A stretch of 64,000 bases of DNA from an uncultured Thermoleophilia bacterium (GTDB taxonomy: Bacteria; Actinomycetota; Thermoleophilia; UBA2241): positions 76,374 through 140,373 of the forward strand of contig CAWAUK010000016.1 in assembly GCA_963784975.1 (NCBI GenBank), read 5' to 3'. The translations under genes and the position numbers were made by a program. Numbering within the stretch: position 1 is the first letter of the stretch; each line of letters opens with the position of its first letter. Below are positions 19,566 through 28,050 of this stretch, piece by piece. The notes under the pieces are model-generated. The model ran no database searches. It was not told the origin of the DNA and worked only from the letters and a program-made list of their open reading frames with translations.

Positions 19566-20036
19566 GACTCAAGCGACTCTCTGGAGGCGCGTCGCCGTCC
19601 CGACGCCGTTGCCGCCGGTCGCCGGTTCCTTCGACCGCGTGCTGTCGCGGCGCCGGGAGGCGACCCCCGGAGGCGCCAGTCCCCGGCGGTCTCGGCCGGC
19701 ACGCCCTCGGCGCGCGGCCACGGATCCTGCCCTCACTCACGGGCCCCAGCCTGGGCTTCATCACGAAGAGAAAGCGCACCGGTCCCCGGCGCCTCACCGC
19801 GACCTCCTAGACGACGACGCTGACAAAGAAGGCGGCGGCGGTGATCCGCTGGTCGGCCACCAGGACGAACGCGAACAGGACGAGGATGAAGTGACCTGTC
19901 GGCGTCCGCGCGTCCCGAGTACTTGCACATGGGGGCTCGCAGGCCGCACAGCTTCTCCGCCGCGTCCTCCACGATCTCGGCCCTGCCGAAGGAGGCCGGC
20001 GCGCGGGCGCTCGCCGGCGATCGTCTGGGCAGCCTG

Positions 20037-20411
20037 CTAGAGCGTCTGCGTCGCCGTCCGGATGGTGACGGCCAGGACGGCGCGCATCCAACCGAACGGC
20101 GCTTTGAGGGTGTCGAAGTCGGGGCCCGAGTCGGAGAATGCCGCCGTGCCCTCGATGAGGAAGCCTGTGCCGGGACCGTTCTTGCCGGGCACCTTGCTGC
20201 TCCCCAGCGTCACCAGGACCTCGGGGTTGAAGGCGACGTTGGCCTCGGTCGTGTTCATGTAGCCGGCGGGGATCAGCATGCGGCCGTCATCGGTGAGGCG
20301 GACGTAGCTGTTCCAGGTGTTCACCAGGTGCGGGCCGTCCTTGCCCAGCGTGGCGATGGCGACCACGCCGTCCTTCTTCAGTACCTCTCGCAGCTTCTCG
20401 GGGATCTCCAT
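20037..20411 (-). CDS. pyridoxamine 5'-phosphate oxidase-family FMN-binding protein
   Basis: MEIPEKLREVLKKDGVVAIATLGKDGPHLVNTW... is a typical split-barrel N-terminus. Lies downstream of rrf2 on the same strand. Confidence 0.8.
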   Translation of the reverse strand: MEIPEKLREVLKKDGVVAIATLGKDGPHLVNTWNSYVRLTDDGRMLIPAGYMNTTEANVAFNPEVLVTLGSSKVPGKNGPGTGFLIEGTAAFSDSGPDFDTLKAPFGWMRAVLAVTIRTATQTL

Positions 20412-20456
20412 GGGTGGCTCCTTTCGGTGGGCGCTCGGTGAGTGCTTGCTTCGGTT

Positions 20457-20993
20457 CTATGAGTCTGTGGCGCGGCCTCGGCGTGACGTGCGGCCGGCTC
20501 TGCGCTCCTGGAACCAGCCGCTCGATTCGGCGGCGAACTCCGGAGGCGCCTTGCAGTTGAACTCGCAGACCAGGTCCGCAAGCGTCTTGGAGGCCAGGAA
20601 CTCGCGGAGGACGTCCTCCGCCTGGGTCATGAACAAGTCGATGCGGCAGCTCCCCGCGGTGGCCCACTCGGGCGGCGCCTCCCCGAACAGCGTGCAGTTG
20701 CGCCGGATCTCGGCGCAGGCGAACAGCTCGCGGTCCGGATCCACCGCGTCCAGGACCTCCACTACGCGGATGTCCTCGGCCGGGCGCGCCAGCGTGAACC
20801 CGCCGGCGACGCCCTCGGTCCCCACGACCAGCTGGGCATCCTTCATGCGGGTGAACACCTTGGCCAGGTACCGCTCGGGGATCTGCTGAAAGCGGGCCAG
20901 GTCCATCACGCTGATCGGCGCGTCTGACGTTGCGAGTATGAGCAGGGAGTGCAGCGCGTATTCGGCGCCGGCGCCATAGAGATACGCCTTCAA
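20457..20993 (-). CDS. Rrf2-family transcriptional regulator
   Basis: AEYALHSLLILA...ISVMDLARFQQIPERYLAKVFTRMKDAQLV. Cys cluster C-x6-C-x15-C. TTG start. Confidence 0.88.
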   Translation of the reverse strand: MKAYLYGAGAEYALHSLLILATSDAPISVMDLARFQQIPERYLAKVFTRMKDAQLVVGTEGVAGGFTLARPAEDIRVVEVLDAVDPDRELFACAEIRRNCTLFGEAPPEWATAGSCRIDLFMTQAEDVLREFLASKTLADLVCEFNCKAPPEFAAESSGWFQERRAGRTSRRGRATDS

Positions 20994-21018
20994 ACTATCA
21001 CCTCACGGGCGATAGTTT
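20992..21018. promoter_or_regulatory. 8-bp perfect inverted repeat at the rrf2 start
   Basis: AAACTATC (20992-20999) and GATAGTTT (21011-21018) separated by 11 nt, overlapping the TTG start and 5' leader of rrf2. Confidence 0.35.
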
Positions 21019-21341
21019 ACCGGTTGATCGCCCGCAGTCAAGCCCACCAGTTCGGCGGCAAGACCGGTGCTCTGACGCAAGGAGGCATGAAGAAGGTAGC
21101 GCAGACCGCTGCCGCGGCTCAGGCCGGGCCGGCAAGATGGCGCACGGTGCGCGCACGGTCACCGGTGTGGCGACCGGCAAAGTCGGCGCTCAGCTGCTTC
21201 GCGCCGCAGGGCGCCTCCGCGAGGGCAAGAGGAAAGTGGTGCCGGGCAGGCGCCCTGCTGTGACGGACGGCGCCGGGGAGCATGACTCTGCGGAGCAGGC
21301 GCCGGACTGAGCCGGAGGCGCACCGTATGCCCAGACGCCCG

Positions 21342-21446
21342 CTATCTATTCCACCATCTCCGCCGCGTGATCCGCCATCGGCGTCGACCGAAGACAACGA
21401 TCAACACGATGACGATCACGATGATCACAACGAGCCAGATGCTCAT
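21342..21446 (-). CDS. 34-aa hydrophobic mini-ORF with Arg/Trp tail (below ORF-track cut-off)
   Basis: ATG 21446 preceded by GAAGAGGTG. MSIWLVVIIVIVIVLIVVFGRRRWRITRRRWWNR*. Confidence 0.35.
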   Translation of the reverse strand: MSIWLVVIIVIVIVLIVVFGRRRWRITRRRWWNR

Positions 21447-21486
21447 CTGGCATCACCTCTTCCAGACTGCGCGGAGGACGGGATCC

Positions 21487-21672
21487 TCAGAAGACGTTGA
21501 GGCCGCCCAGCAGGATCCCGATCACGATCAGCACAACGCCCATAAGCAGGCTGCGACGGAAGAGGGCTACGACGCCGGCGACGATCAGGATGATGCCGAT
21601 GATCCAGACGATGGGGACCGCGCCGCCGGAGAAGATGGCGGCCAGCAGGGACGCTACGAGAGTGGGGTGCAT
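21487..21672 (-). CDS. 61-aa two-TM small membrane protein
   Basis: MHPTLVASLLAAIFSGGAVPIVWIIGIILIVAGVVALFRRSLLMGVVLIVIGILLGGLNVF. Confidence 0.55.
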   Translation of the reverse strand: MHPTLVASLLAAIFSGGAVPIVWIIGIILIVAGVVALFRRSLLMGVVLIVIGILLGGLNVF

Positions 21673-21682
21673 AAGGTGCTCC

Positions 21683-21850
21683 TTACTTGATGTGCAGGTT
21701 GACGCCGACCAGGATCAGCGGCCAGAGCACCACGGCGAGCAGCGCCGAGAGTACGGACGTAAGGCTGTTCAGATGAGTGAAGTAGTGGTGCGAGTTCGCG
21801 ATGAACACGCCGATCACCAGATAGACGATGATGAGGATGTTGCGAAGCAC
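21683..21850 (-). CDS. 55-aa two-TM small membrane protein
   Basis: GTG at 21850 preceded by GAGGAGGG. VLRNILIIVYLVIGVFIANSHHYFTHLNSLTSVLSALLAVVLWPLILVGVNLHIK. The longer tracked ORF (to 22126) has an implausible N-extension. Confidence 0.45.
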   Translation of the reverse strand: MLRNILIIVYLVIGVFIANSHHYFTHLNSLTSVLSALLAVVLWPLILVGVNLHIK

Positions 21851-22212
21851 GCGGCCCTCCTCGAAGAAGGGCCCTCGGTCCCGGGCTTGATCCCGAGAGC
21901 CTCGGAGCGCCGACGGCACTCCGATAATGATAGAAGTACCCGCCGGCGGCACTTCCGACACCGCGGCCGGCGGCCGATCGAATTCTTCGAGACAGCGAAC
22001 TGCAGCAGCCGAACTGGGACTGGACAGCCTGGTCCCGGCCGGCCACGTTGGTGACGTTTCGTGACGGCAAGGTCGTCTCGATGCCCCAGTTTCGCAGCCG
22101 CGAGGAAGCACTCGCGGCCGCGCCATCGTAGCGACCCTGAGCGAAGCGGGATCTGTCGGGGGGACCGCGAGAGTAGGCCATGTCGGCGGTCCCGACGGAT
22201 GCGGGGAGCAGC

Positions 22213-22560
22213 TCAGTCGTCGATTGGCTCAACACCTTGTCGTTGGGCTCGCTCGAGGCCGTCCTTCATGGCCTTGAGCGCCTCCGCGGAGTGCCCCTGC
22301 CAGTCCGTGACCTCGCCGATGACCCGCAGCGGCTCCCGGGAGCGGTATGACTTCGTCGTATTACCCGGATACCTCTTGTCCGTCAGATTGGGGTCGTCAT
22401 CAATCGGGCCGGTCGGTTCCACGATGTAGATCCTGCCGGGACCTTCGCGACTGCCAGCTCCGCCTCCCAAGCGGCCACATCCGAGCTGTCGGTCAGGCAG
22501 GCGTAGGTTGTCGCCCCATCCCCTCTACCAGAGTCACGGCGATGACCGGGCGCCGACGCA
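22213..22560 (-). pseudogene. arr: arr-type rifampin ADP-ribosyltransferase-like gene, 5'-truncated and frameshifted (psi-1)
   Basis: ...PGHRRDSGRGDGATTYACLTDSSDVAAWEAELA, then a frame change at about 22435-22455, then GRIYIVEPTGPIDDDPNLTDKRYPGNTTKSYRSREPLRVIGEVTDWQGHSAEALKAMKDGLERAQRQGVEPIDD*. No start codon: the frame opens only 5 codons above the homologous part. Confidence 0.75.
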
Positions 22561-22566
22561 AGAGCT

Positions 22567-23031
22567 CTAGTACTCTCCCTTGATCACGAAGAATGAACCC
22601 CGGATCGTCCCCGCCAGTCTGGACTTCTGCCTGGCGAACTTGAACTTGCCTTCCAGCTCCGCCGGCACTTCCATCCCCTCCGAAAGCTTGAAGCCGACAG
22701 CTCGCTTCTTGGGGTCGTCGATCGTGTACATGACGTTGACCGCCAGACCGTCCTCATAGAAGACGTAGGCGAATCTGATGTTCTCCACTTGAAAGCGTGA
22801 CGTCTCCAGAGGCTTGGCAGCGAACTCGATATCGCGTTCTTCCTTGAGGATCTTGTTGACGTAGTCCAGCGTGTCACGGCTGTCGCTGGCCGCTACGACT
22901 GTGAACTCGTGCTTGTACTTGTTCATGAAGTATCGGGCTTCATTGGCACGGAGACCGGCAAGCGCTCCTGCTACCGGTGAGGTCTCCAGGCCAACCGTAG
23001 ACACGTCTTCAAAATCAACGGCCGTGGACAC
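22567..23031 (-). CDS. hypothetical protein, 154 aa, Lys/Glu/Phe-rich, compositionally foreign
   Basis: Clean ORF from an ATG start. MSTAVDFEDV...YFMNKYKHEFTVVAASDSRDTLDYVNKILKEERDIEF...FFVIKGEY. Many A/T-ending codons in a high-GC genome. No family recognised. Confidence 0.7.
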   Translation of the reverse strand: MSTAVDFEDVSTVGLETSPVAGALAGLRANEARYFMNKYKHEFTVVAASDSRDTLDYVNKILKEERDIEFAAKPLETSRFQVENIRFAYVFYEDGLAVNVMYTIDDPKKRAVGFKLSEGMEVPAELEGKFKFARQKSRLAGTIRGSFFVIKGEY

Positions 23032-23172
23032 TCTTGTCCTCCTCCCATGAGAACCCCCGCTGCTCTCTTGGGGGAACCTGTGCTCAAACCGGAGTTGCTG
23101 ATCTACCCGCCCCGCATATACCCGCTGGAGCCGTGGGTTACCACCGGCTGGGTACGAGCGCGAGAGGGCGGG

Positions 23173-23370
23173 TCAGCGCGCTCGGCGCCGGGTCGCCGGC
23201 GCGACGACGTTGTCGCGGACCGGCGCTGCATGCAGCACAGCCTGCTCCTCGGCGGCCTGGAGCGCAGCCCACGTCACCTCGTCGAGGCCGGACCAGAGGA
23301 GGCCGCTGATCTCGAGAGCCCAGTTGCAGACCGTCCTGGGCGGGTCCGAGTCTCCAAGGGCGAGACGATG
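23173..23370 (-). pseudogene. tyrosine-recombinase C-terminal remnant B
   Basis: LGDSDPPRTV...SGLDEVTWAALQAAEEQAVLHAAPVRDNVVAPATRRRAR*. Shares the nucleotide strings gcgcgacgacgttgtcg and cgtcacctcgtcgag with remnant A. Confidence 0.5.
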
Positions 23371-23421
23371 CTGGTTATCCGGGGGGAATATGCGTTGCAG
23401 CAACCGATCCTGGAGCGCGTC

Positions 23422-24360
23422 ATGCAACTGCTCGGCATCCACCACATCACCGCCATCACGGCGGACGCACCTGCGAACCTGTCGTTCTACTCCGGCCTCC
23501 TCGGCCTTCGCTTCGTCAAGAAGACCGTCAACTTCGACGACCCGACCGCCTACCACCTCTACTACGGCGACGAGGTCGGCCATCCCGGCAGCATCCTCAC
23601 GTTCTTCGAGTACCCGGGCGCCGGCCGCGGGAGCGCCGGGCAGGGGATGATCCACCGCATCGCGTGGCGAGTGGCGGACGAGAAGGCACTGGACTTCTGG
23701 GAGGAGCGGCTGCGGCGGGACTCCGTGCCGCTGGAGCGCTTCCCGGGCGCCCTCCGCTTCCGCGACCCCGAGGGCCTCGAGCTCGAGCTCGCCGCCTCCC
23801 GGACCCGGGAGCAGGCGCTCACAGCGGCTGCCGCCGACATCCCGCCGCGGCACGCCATCCGGGGGTTCGACGGCGTGCGCGCGTTCACGTCCGACCCGCG
23901 GCGCAGCGCCGGGCCGCTGGCGGACACACTCGGGTTCGCCGAAGTGCCCGGCTCCGACGCAGGCGACGACACATGGCGCGTCGCAGGCAGCGAGCGCTCG
24001 TCGATCTACGCCTACGACCCGGCGCCGCAGACGCGGCCGGTACAGGGTGCCGGCACGGTGCACCACATCGCGTGGGCGGTGCCTGACCGGGATCAGCCCG
24101 CGTGGCGTCAGCGCATCCTGGGTTCCGGACTGCACGCCACGCCGATCATCGATCGCACCTACTTCCGCTCGGTGTACTTCCGCGAGCCGAGCGGCGTGCT
24201 CTTCGAGATCGCCACGCTGGGACCGGGGTTCGCCGTGGACGAGCCGCTGGAGCATCTGGGTGAGTCGCTGCAGCTGCCGGCGCAGTACGAGTACCTGAGA
24301 CCGCGTCTCGAGCAGGTGCTCACGCCGCTCGTCCGCCCTCGTTCGAGGACCGCGGCATGA
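23422..24360 (+). CDS. ring-cleaving dioxygenase, glyoxalase/VOC superfamily (MhqO/MhqE-like)
   Basis: Start at ATG 23422 (MQLLGIHHITAITAD...). Two VOC repeats (HHITAI..., VHHIAWAV...). The tracked longer ORF includes the antisense of remnant B. Confidence 0.85.
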   Translation: MQLLGIHHITAITADAPANLSFYSGLLGLRFVKKTVNFDDPTAYHLYYGDEVGHPGSILTFFEYPGAGRGSAGQGMIHRIAWRVADEKALDFWEERLRRDSVPLERFPGALRFRDPEGLELELAASRTREQALTAAAADIPPRHAIRGFDGVRAFTSDPRRSAGPLADTLGFAEVPGSDAGDDTWRVAGSERSSIYAYDPAPQTRPVQGAGTVHHIAWAVPDRDQPAWRQRILGSGLHATPIIDRTYFRSVYFREPSGVLFEIATLGPGFAVDEPLEHLGESLQLPAQYEYLRPRLEQVLTPLVRPRSRTAA

Positions 24361-25016
24361 GCGACGAGCGACTCTTCTCTGTGGTGAGGCGCCGGCCGGT
24401 AAGGCCCGCCGGCGCCCTCGTGCTGCTGCACGGCAGGGGCACGGACGAGACGGACCTCGCGCCCCTGCTCGATGAGCTCGACCCTCAGCGTCGCCTGGTC
24501 GGAGTCACCCTTCGAGCGCCCCTGCGGCTCGGCGCGGTCGGCTACCACTGGTACGTCGTGCGCGAGCTCGGCCACCCGGACCCCGCTACGTTCCTCGACA
24601 CCTACGAACGTGTGGCCGGCTGGCTCGACGAGCTCCCGGCGAGCACAGGGGTGCCGCTCGAGGCGACGGTCCTGGGCGGCTTCTCGCAGGGCGCGGTGAT
24701 GGCGTATGCCCTCGGTCTCGGTCTTGCCCGTGCGTCGCCGGCCGCGCTGGTCGCCCTGAGCGGGTTCGTCCCGCAGGCGCCGGGCTTCTCCCTGGATCTG
24801 CCGGGTCATCGCGACGTGCCGGTCGCCATCGGGCACGGCTCGCTCGACCGGGTCATCCCGGTCGAGTTCGGCCGGGCGGCGGCGCGTCAGCTCAGCGAAG
24901 CCGGGCTGGAAGTCGACTACCGGGAGAGCCCGATGCCGCACACCATCGACCCGGCGTTCGTGCAGCATCTGGCGCAGTCGTTGCCGTCGGCGCTCGAGCG
25001 TCGCCTGGCCGCATGA
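24357..25016 (+). CDS. phospholipase/carboxylesterase-family alpha/beta hydrolase (MhqD-like)
   Basis: ATGA overlap with the dioxygenase gene. GFSQGAVMAY nucleophile elbow and IGHGSLDRVIP. Confidence 0.85.
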   Translation: MSDERLFSVVRRRPVRPAGALVLLHGRGTDETDLAPLLDELDPQRRLVGVTLRAPLRLGAVGYHWYVVRELGHPDPATFLDTYERVAGWLDELPASTGVPLEATVLGGFSQGAVMAYALGLGLARASPAALVALSGFVPQAPGFSLDLPGHRDVPVAIGHGSLDRVIPVEFGRAAARQLSEAGLEVDYRESPMPHTIDPAFVQHLAQSLPSALERRLAA

Positions 25017-26084
25017 ACGACCCCAACGCGACCGCCGATGTCGCTCGTCTCGGCGGATCCTTTCGCTGGCGCGACGAGGAGCGGCTGATCTGCTTCGGCA
25101 GGGGCATCGCCGCCGAGGCCCTGGTCCTGCTGGAGGAGGAAGGCATGATCGCCCTTCGTCCTTCTGACGGGAGCGCGCGGCTTGCCTGCGGCGACCGCAC
25201 CGCTGTTCGCCGCGCGCGCCGTCGTCCAGGTGCCGCCGGGCCCGGCGCCGGAGAGCGCGTCCGCCGCCGAGCCGCTCGTGCTGGCCGCCGGAGATGGCTT
25301 CCCGCTGGTCGCGCTGGGAGGCGGGCGCGTCATCGACGCGGCCAAAGCCCTGGCCTCCGCACACGGCCTCGAGGTGGCGGCCATCCCGACCACGCTGTCG
25401 GGCGCGGAGATGACCGCGGGCCATCGTCCCCTGGCGGACGGACGCGGAGGCGCGCCCAAGAGGCCTCGCCTGGTCGTGAACGACCCGGCGCTCTCGGCGT
25501 CGTTGCCCCTGCCCGATCTGGCCGCCAGCGCGATGAACGCTCTCGGTCACGCCATGGAGGCGTTCTACGGGCCCGGGGCCGGCCCCGTGACGACCACGGC
25601 GGCCACGCGAGCCGCTGGGCTGATCGCCGGCCACCTGGAGGCGGCCATGGATTCCGCTGCCGAGGAGGACCGCGAGCGCCTCGCGCTCGGCAGCCTGCTC
25701 GCCGGCTACGCCCTGGGCGGGACCGGCCTGGGCGTGCATCACGTGCTCTGCCAGACGATCGTGCGACTCACCGGCGTCGCCCACGCGCGCGTGAATGCCG
25801 TCATGCTGCCGCACACCCTACGTTTCGTGCTCACGAGAAGGAGTGAGGAGCTGGCACCGTTGGTGCGCGTTCTGCGCCGACAGGATGAGAGCGTGGGAGC
25901 GGCCGAACTGATCGCGCGCCTGGCAGCGCTGTCTGGCGCGACGCGACTCGAGCAGCTCGGCATCACCGACGCCGAGCTGCCTGCCGTCGCCGCCGTGGCA
26001 CAGAGGCGCCCGGAACTCCGGCGCATGACGCCGTCCCCGACGACCGCCGAGCTGCTGGCCGTGCTCGCGGCCGCGCTTAGGTGA
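25013..26084 (+). pseudogene. maleylacetate reductase / iron-containing alcohol dehydrogenase family, one frame break
   Basis: The N-terminal 45 codons are in frame 25013 (..RLICFGRGIAAEALVLLEEEG). The rest is in frame 25182 (PFVLLTGARG...LGGGRVIDAAKA...GLGVHHVLCQTI...). The break is at about 25140-25160. Confidence 0.75.
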
Positions 26085-26474
26085 CTCAGTCGTCGATTGC
26101 CTCGACAGCAAGTCGCTTGAGTCGCTCAAGGTTGTCCTTCATGGCCTTGAGCGCTTCGGGGGAGTGCCCCTGCCAATCAGCGAGCTCGCCCGTGACCCGC
26201 AGGCTCCCGGGAGCGGTACGACTTCGTCGGATTGCCCGGGGACTCATTGTCCGTCAGATTGGGGTCGTCCATGATCGGTCCGGTCGCTTTCACTATGTAG
26301 ATCCTCCCCGGACCTTCGCCGAGTGCCAGCTCCGCCCCCCCAGGTGGCTGCGTCCAGGGTGCCGGTCAGGGAGACGTAGATTGCCAGGAGAAAGCTGCTT
26401 GGAGCCAGTTGAGAGGTGGTCGGGCAGCGGCCAACGGCCAGACGGTGCGCACTCCCGGGAACGCTCTGCGACAA
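26085..26474 (-). pseudogene. arr: arr-type rifampin ADP-ribosyltransferase-like gene with two frame breaks (psi-2)
   Basis: ..LAIYVSLTGTLDAATWG / AELALGEGPGRIYIVKATGPIMDDPNLTDNESPGNPTKSYRSREP / LRVTGELADWQGHSPEALKAMKDNLERLKRLAVEAIDD*. Breaks are at a C7 run (26335-26341) and at about 26198-26206 (2 nt shorter than psi-1). Confidence 0.72.
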
Positions 26475-26537
26475 GGACTTAGGGTCCGCGGAGACGCCGC
26501 CGGCCCCATGGTCACGGCGACGGGACTGGGAGGAACG

Positions 26538-27919
26538 ATGAGCGAGCTCACTCTTGACCAGCTGCGCGAGCGCGTGCGCGGCGAGATCATCACCCCTGAC
26601 GACGAGCAGTACGACGAGGCGCGCAAGGTCTACAACGCGATGATCGACCGGCGGCCGGCGCTCGTCGTGCGCGCGGCCGACGCCGGCGACGTCATGGCCG
26701 CCGTCGACTACGCGCGCGAGAACGGACTCGATCTGGCCGTGCGCGGCGGCGGCCACAGCGTGCCCGGCTTCGGCACCTGCGACGACGGCGTGGTCATCGA
26801 CCTCGGCGGCATGCGCGGCGTGCGCGTCGACGCCGCGAAGCGCACGGCGCGCGCCGAGGGCGGCGCCACGTGGGGCGAGTTCAACCACGCCACCCACGCC
26901 TTTGGGCTGGCCACCACGGGCGGCATCATCTCGACGACAGGCATCGGCGGCCTCACCCTGGGCGGCGGCATCGGCCACCTACGGCGCGCGGCTTCGGCCT
27001 GACTCGATCGACAATCTCGTCTCTGCAGACGTGGTCACGGCGGACGGCCGCCTCGTCGTGGCCAGCGAGACCGAGAACGAGGACCTCTTCTGGGCGATCC
27101 GCGGCGGCGGCGGCAACTACGGTGTCGTGACCTCGTTCGAGTACGAGCTGCACCCCTTGTCCGATGTCTACGGCGGACCCATGTTCTTCGAGCTCAGCGA
27201 GGCCGAGACGATGCTGAAGTTCTATCGCGACTTCATCGCCTCAGCGCCCGAGCAGCTCGGCGCCTTCCCGGCCTTCCAGATCGCGCCGCCGCTGCCCTTC
27301 ATCCCGGAGGACCGCCACGGCGACACGCTGTTCCTCATGGTGGCTGCATGGGCGGGGCCGCTGGAAGAAGGCGAGAAGGCCCTCAAGCCCTATCCACGAC
27401 GTGGCGCCGGTGGTGGCCGAGTTCGTGGGGCCGATGCCCTACCCGGCTCTCAACTCGGCCTTCGACGGTCTGGTCCCGCCCGGCCTGCAGCACTACTGGA
27501 AGGCCAGCTTCGTCGGCGAGCTCACCGACGGCGCCATCGCCGCGCACCTTGAGCACGGGCCCAAGATCCCGACCATGAACTCGGCGCTGCACATCTATCC
27601 CATCAACGGCGCCGTCCACCGCGTGGCCTCGGATGCGACCGCGTTCGCCTATCGCGACGCCAACTTCGCCACCGTCATCGCCGGCATGTGGCCCGACCCC
27701 GCCGACAACGACGCCAACACCGCCTGGGTGCGCGACTACTACGCGGCCACGGCGCCGCATTCGGAGAAGGGCGCCTACGTGAACTTCCTCTCCGGCGACG
27801 ACCAGGGCAGGATCCGGGCCAACTACGGCGGCAACTACGACCGCCTCGTCAGCCTCAAGAAGAAGTACGATCCCGACAACCTCTTCCACATGAACCAGAA
27901 CATCAGCCCGGAGGGTTAG
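26538..27919 (+). pseudogene. FAD-linked oxidase with berberine-bridge (BBE) C-terminal domain, at least three frame changes
   Basis: Three tracked ORFs (26409-27002, 26902-27552, 27401-27919) together give one protein: VRGGGHSVPG...GGLTLGGGIGHL | (RGFGLT) | IDNLVSADVVTADG...RGGGGNYGVVT...EKALKP | IHDVAPVVAEFVGPMPY...YVNFLS...NLFHMNQNI. Confidence 0.8.
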
Positions 27920-28050
27920 CTCGTCCCGAAGGCCCGGATCGGATGCGGTCTGGCCGGTGAGGTGCGCTTCGGCCGCGTCGCGCTGGCAGGCGCGCGGCCG
28001 CCCGGTCGCTGGCGGCATGGTGCGCTGGCGTGAAGCTCTACGACCGTTGA

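Noticed and set aside
21979-22131. Plus-strand open stretch ending ..ATLVTFRDGKVVSMPQFRSREEALAAAPS*, resembling the C-terminus of NTF2/SnoaL-like proteins
   Set aside because: It is only about 50 codons with no start codon and a short motif. It would fit the decay-zone picture but is too weak to annotate.
23360-23400. ..MLVIRGEYALQ.. upstream of the dioxygenase start echoing the ..FFVIKGEY* end of the orphan protein
   Set aside because: The underlying nucleotides differ (gttatccggggggaatat versus gtgatcaagggagagtac). This is most likely coincidence.
22213-26540. Rifamycin-associated element (a GC-rich palindrome reported upstream of actinobacterial rifamycin-resistance genes) near the arr copies
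   Set aside because: I found nothing resembling it in 26475-26537, and the psi-1 upstream region has been replaced by the orphan gene.
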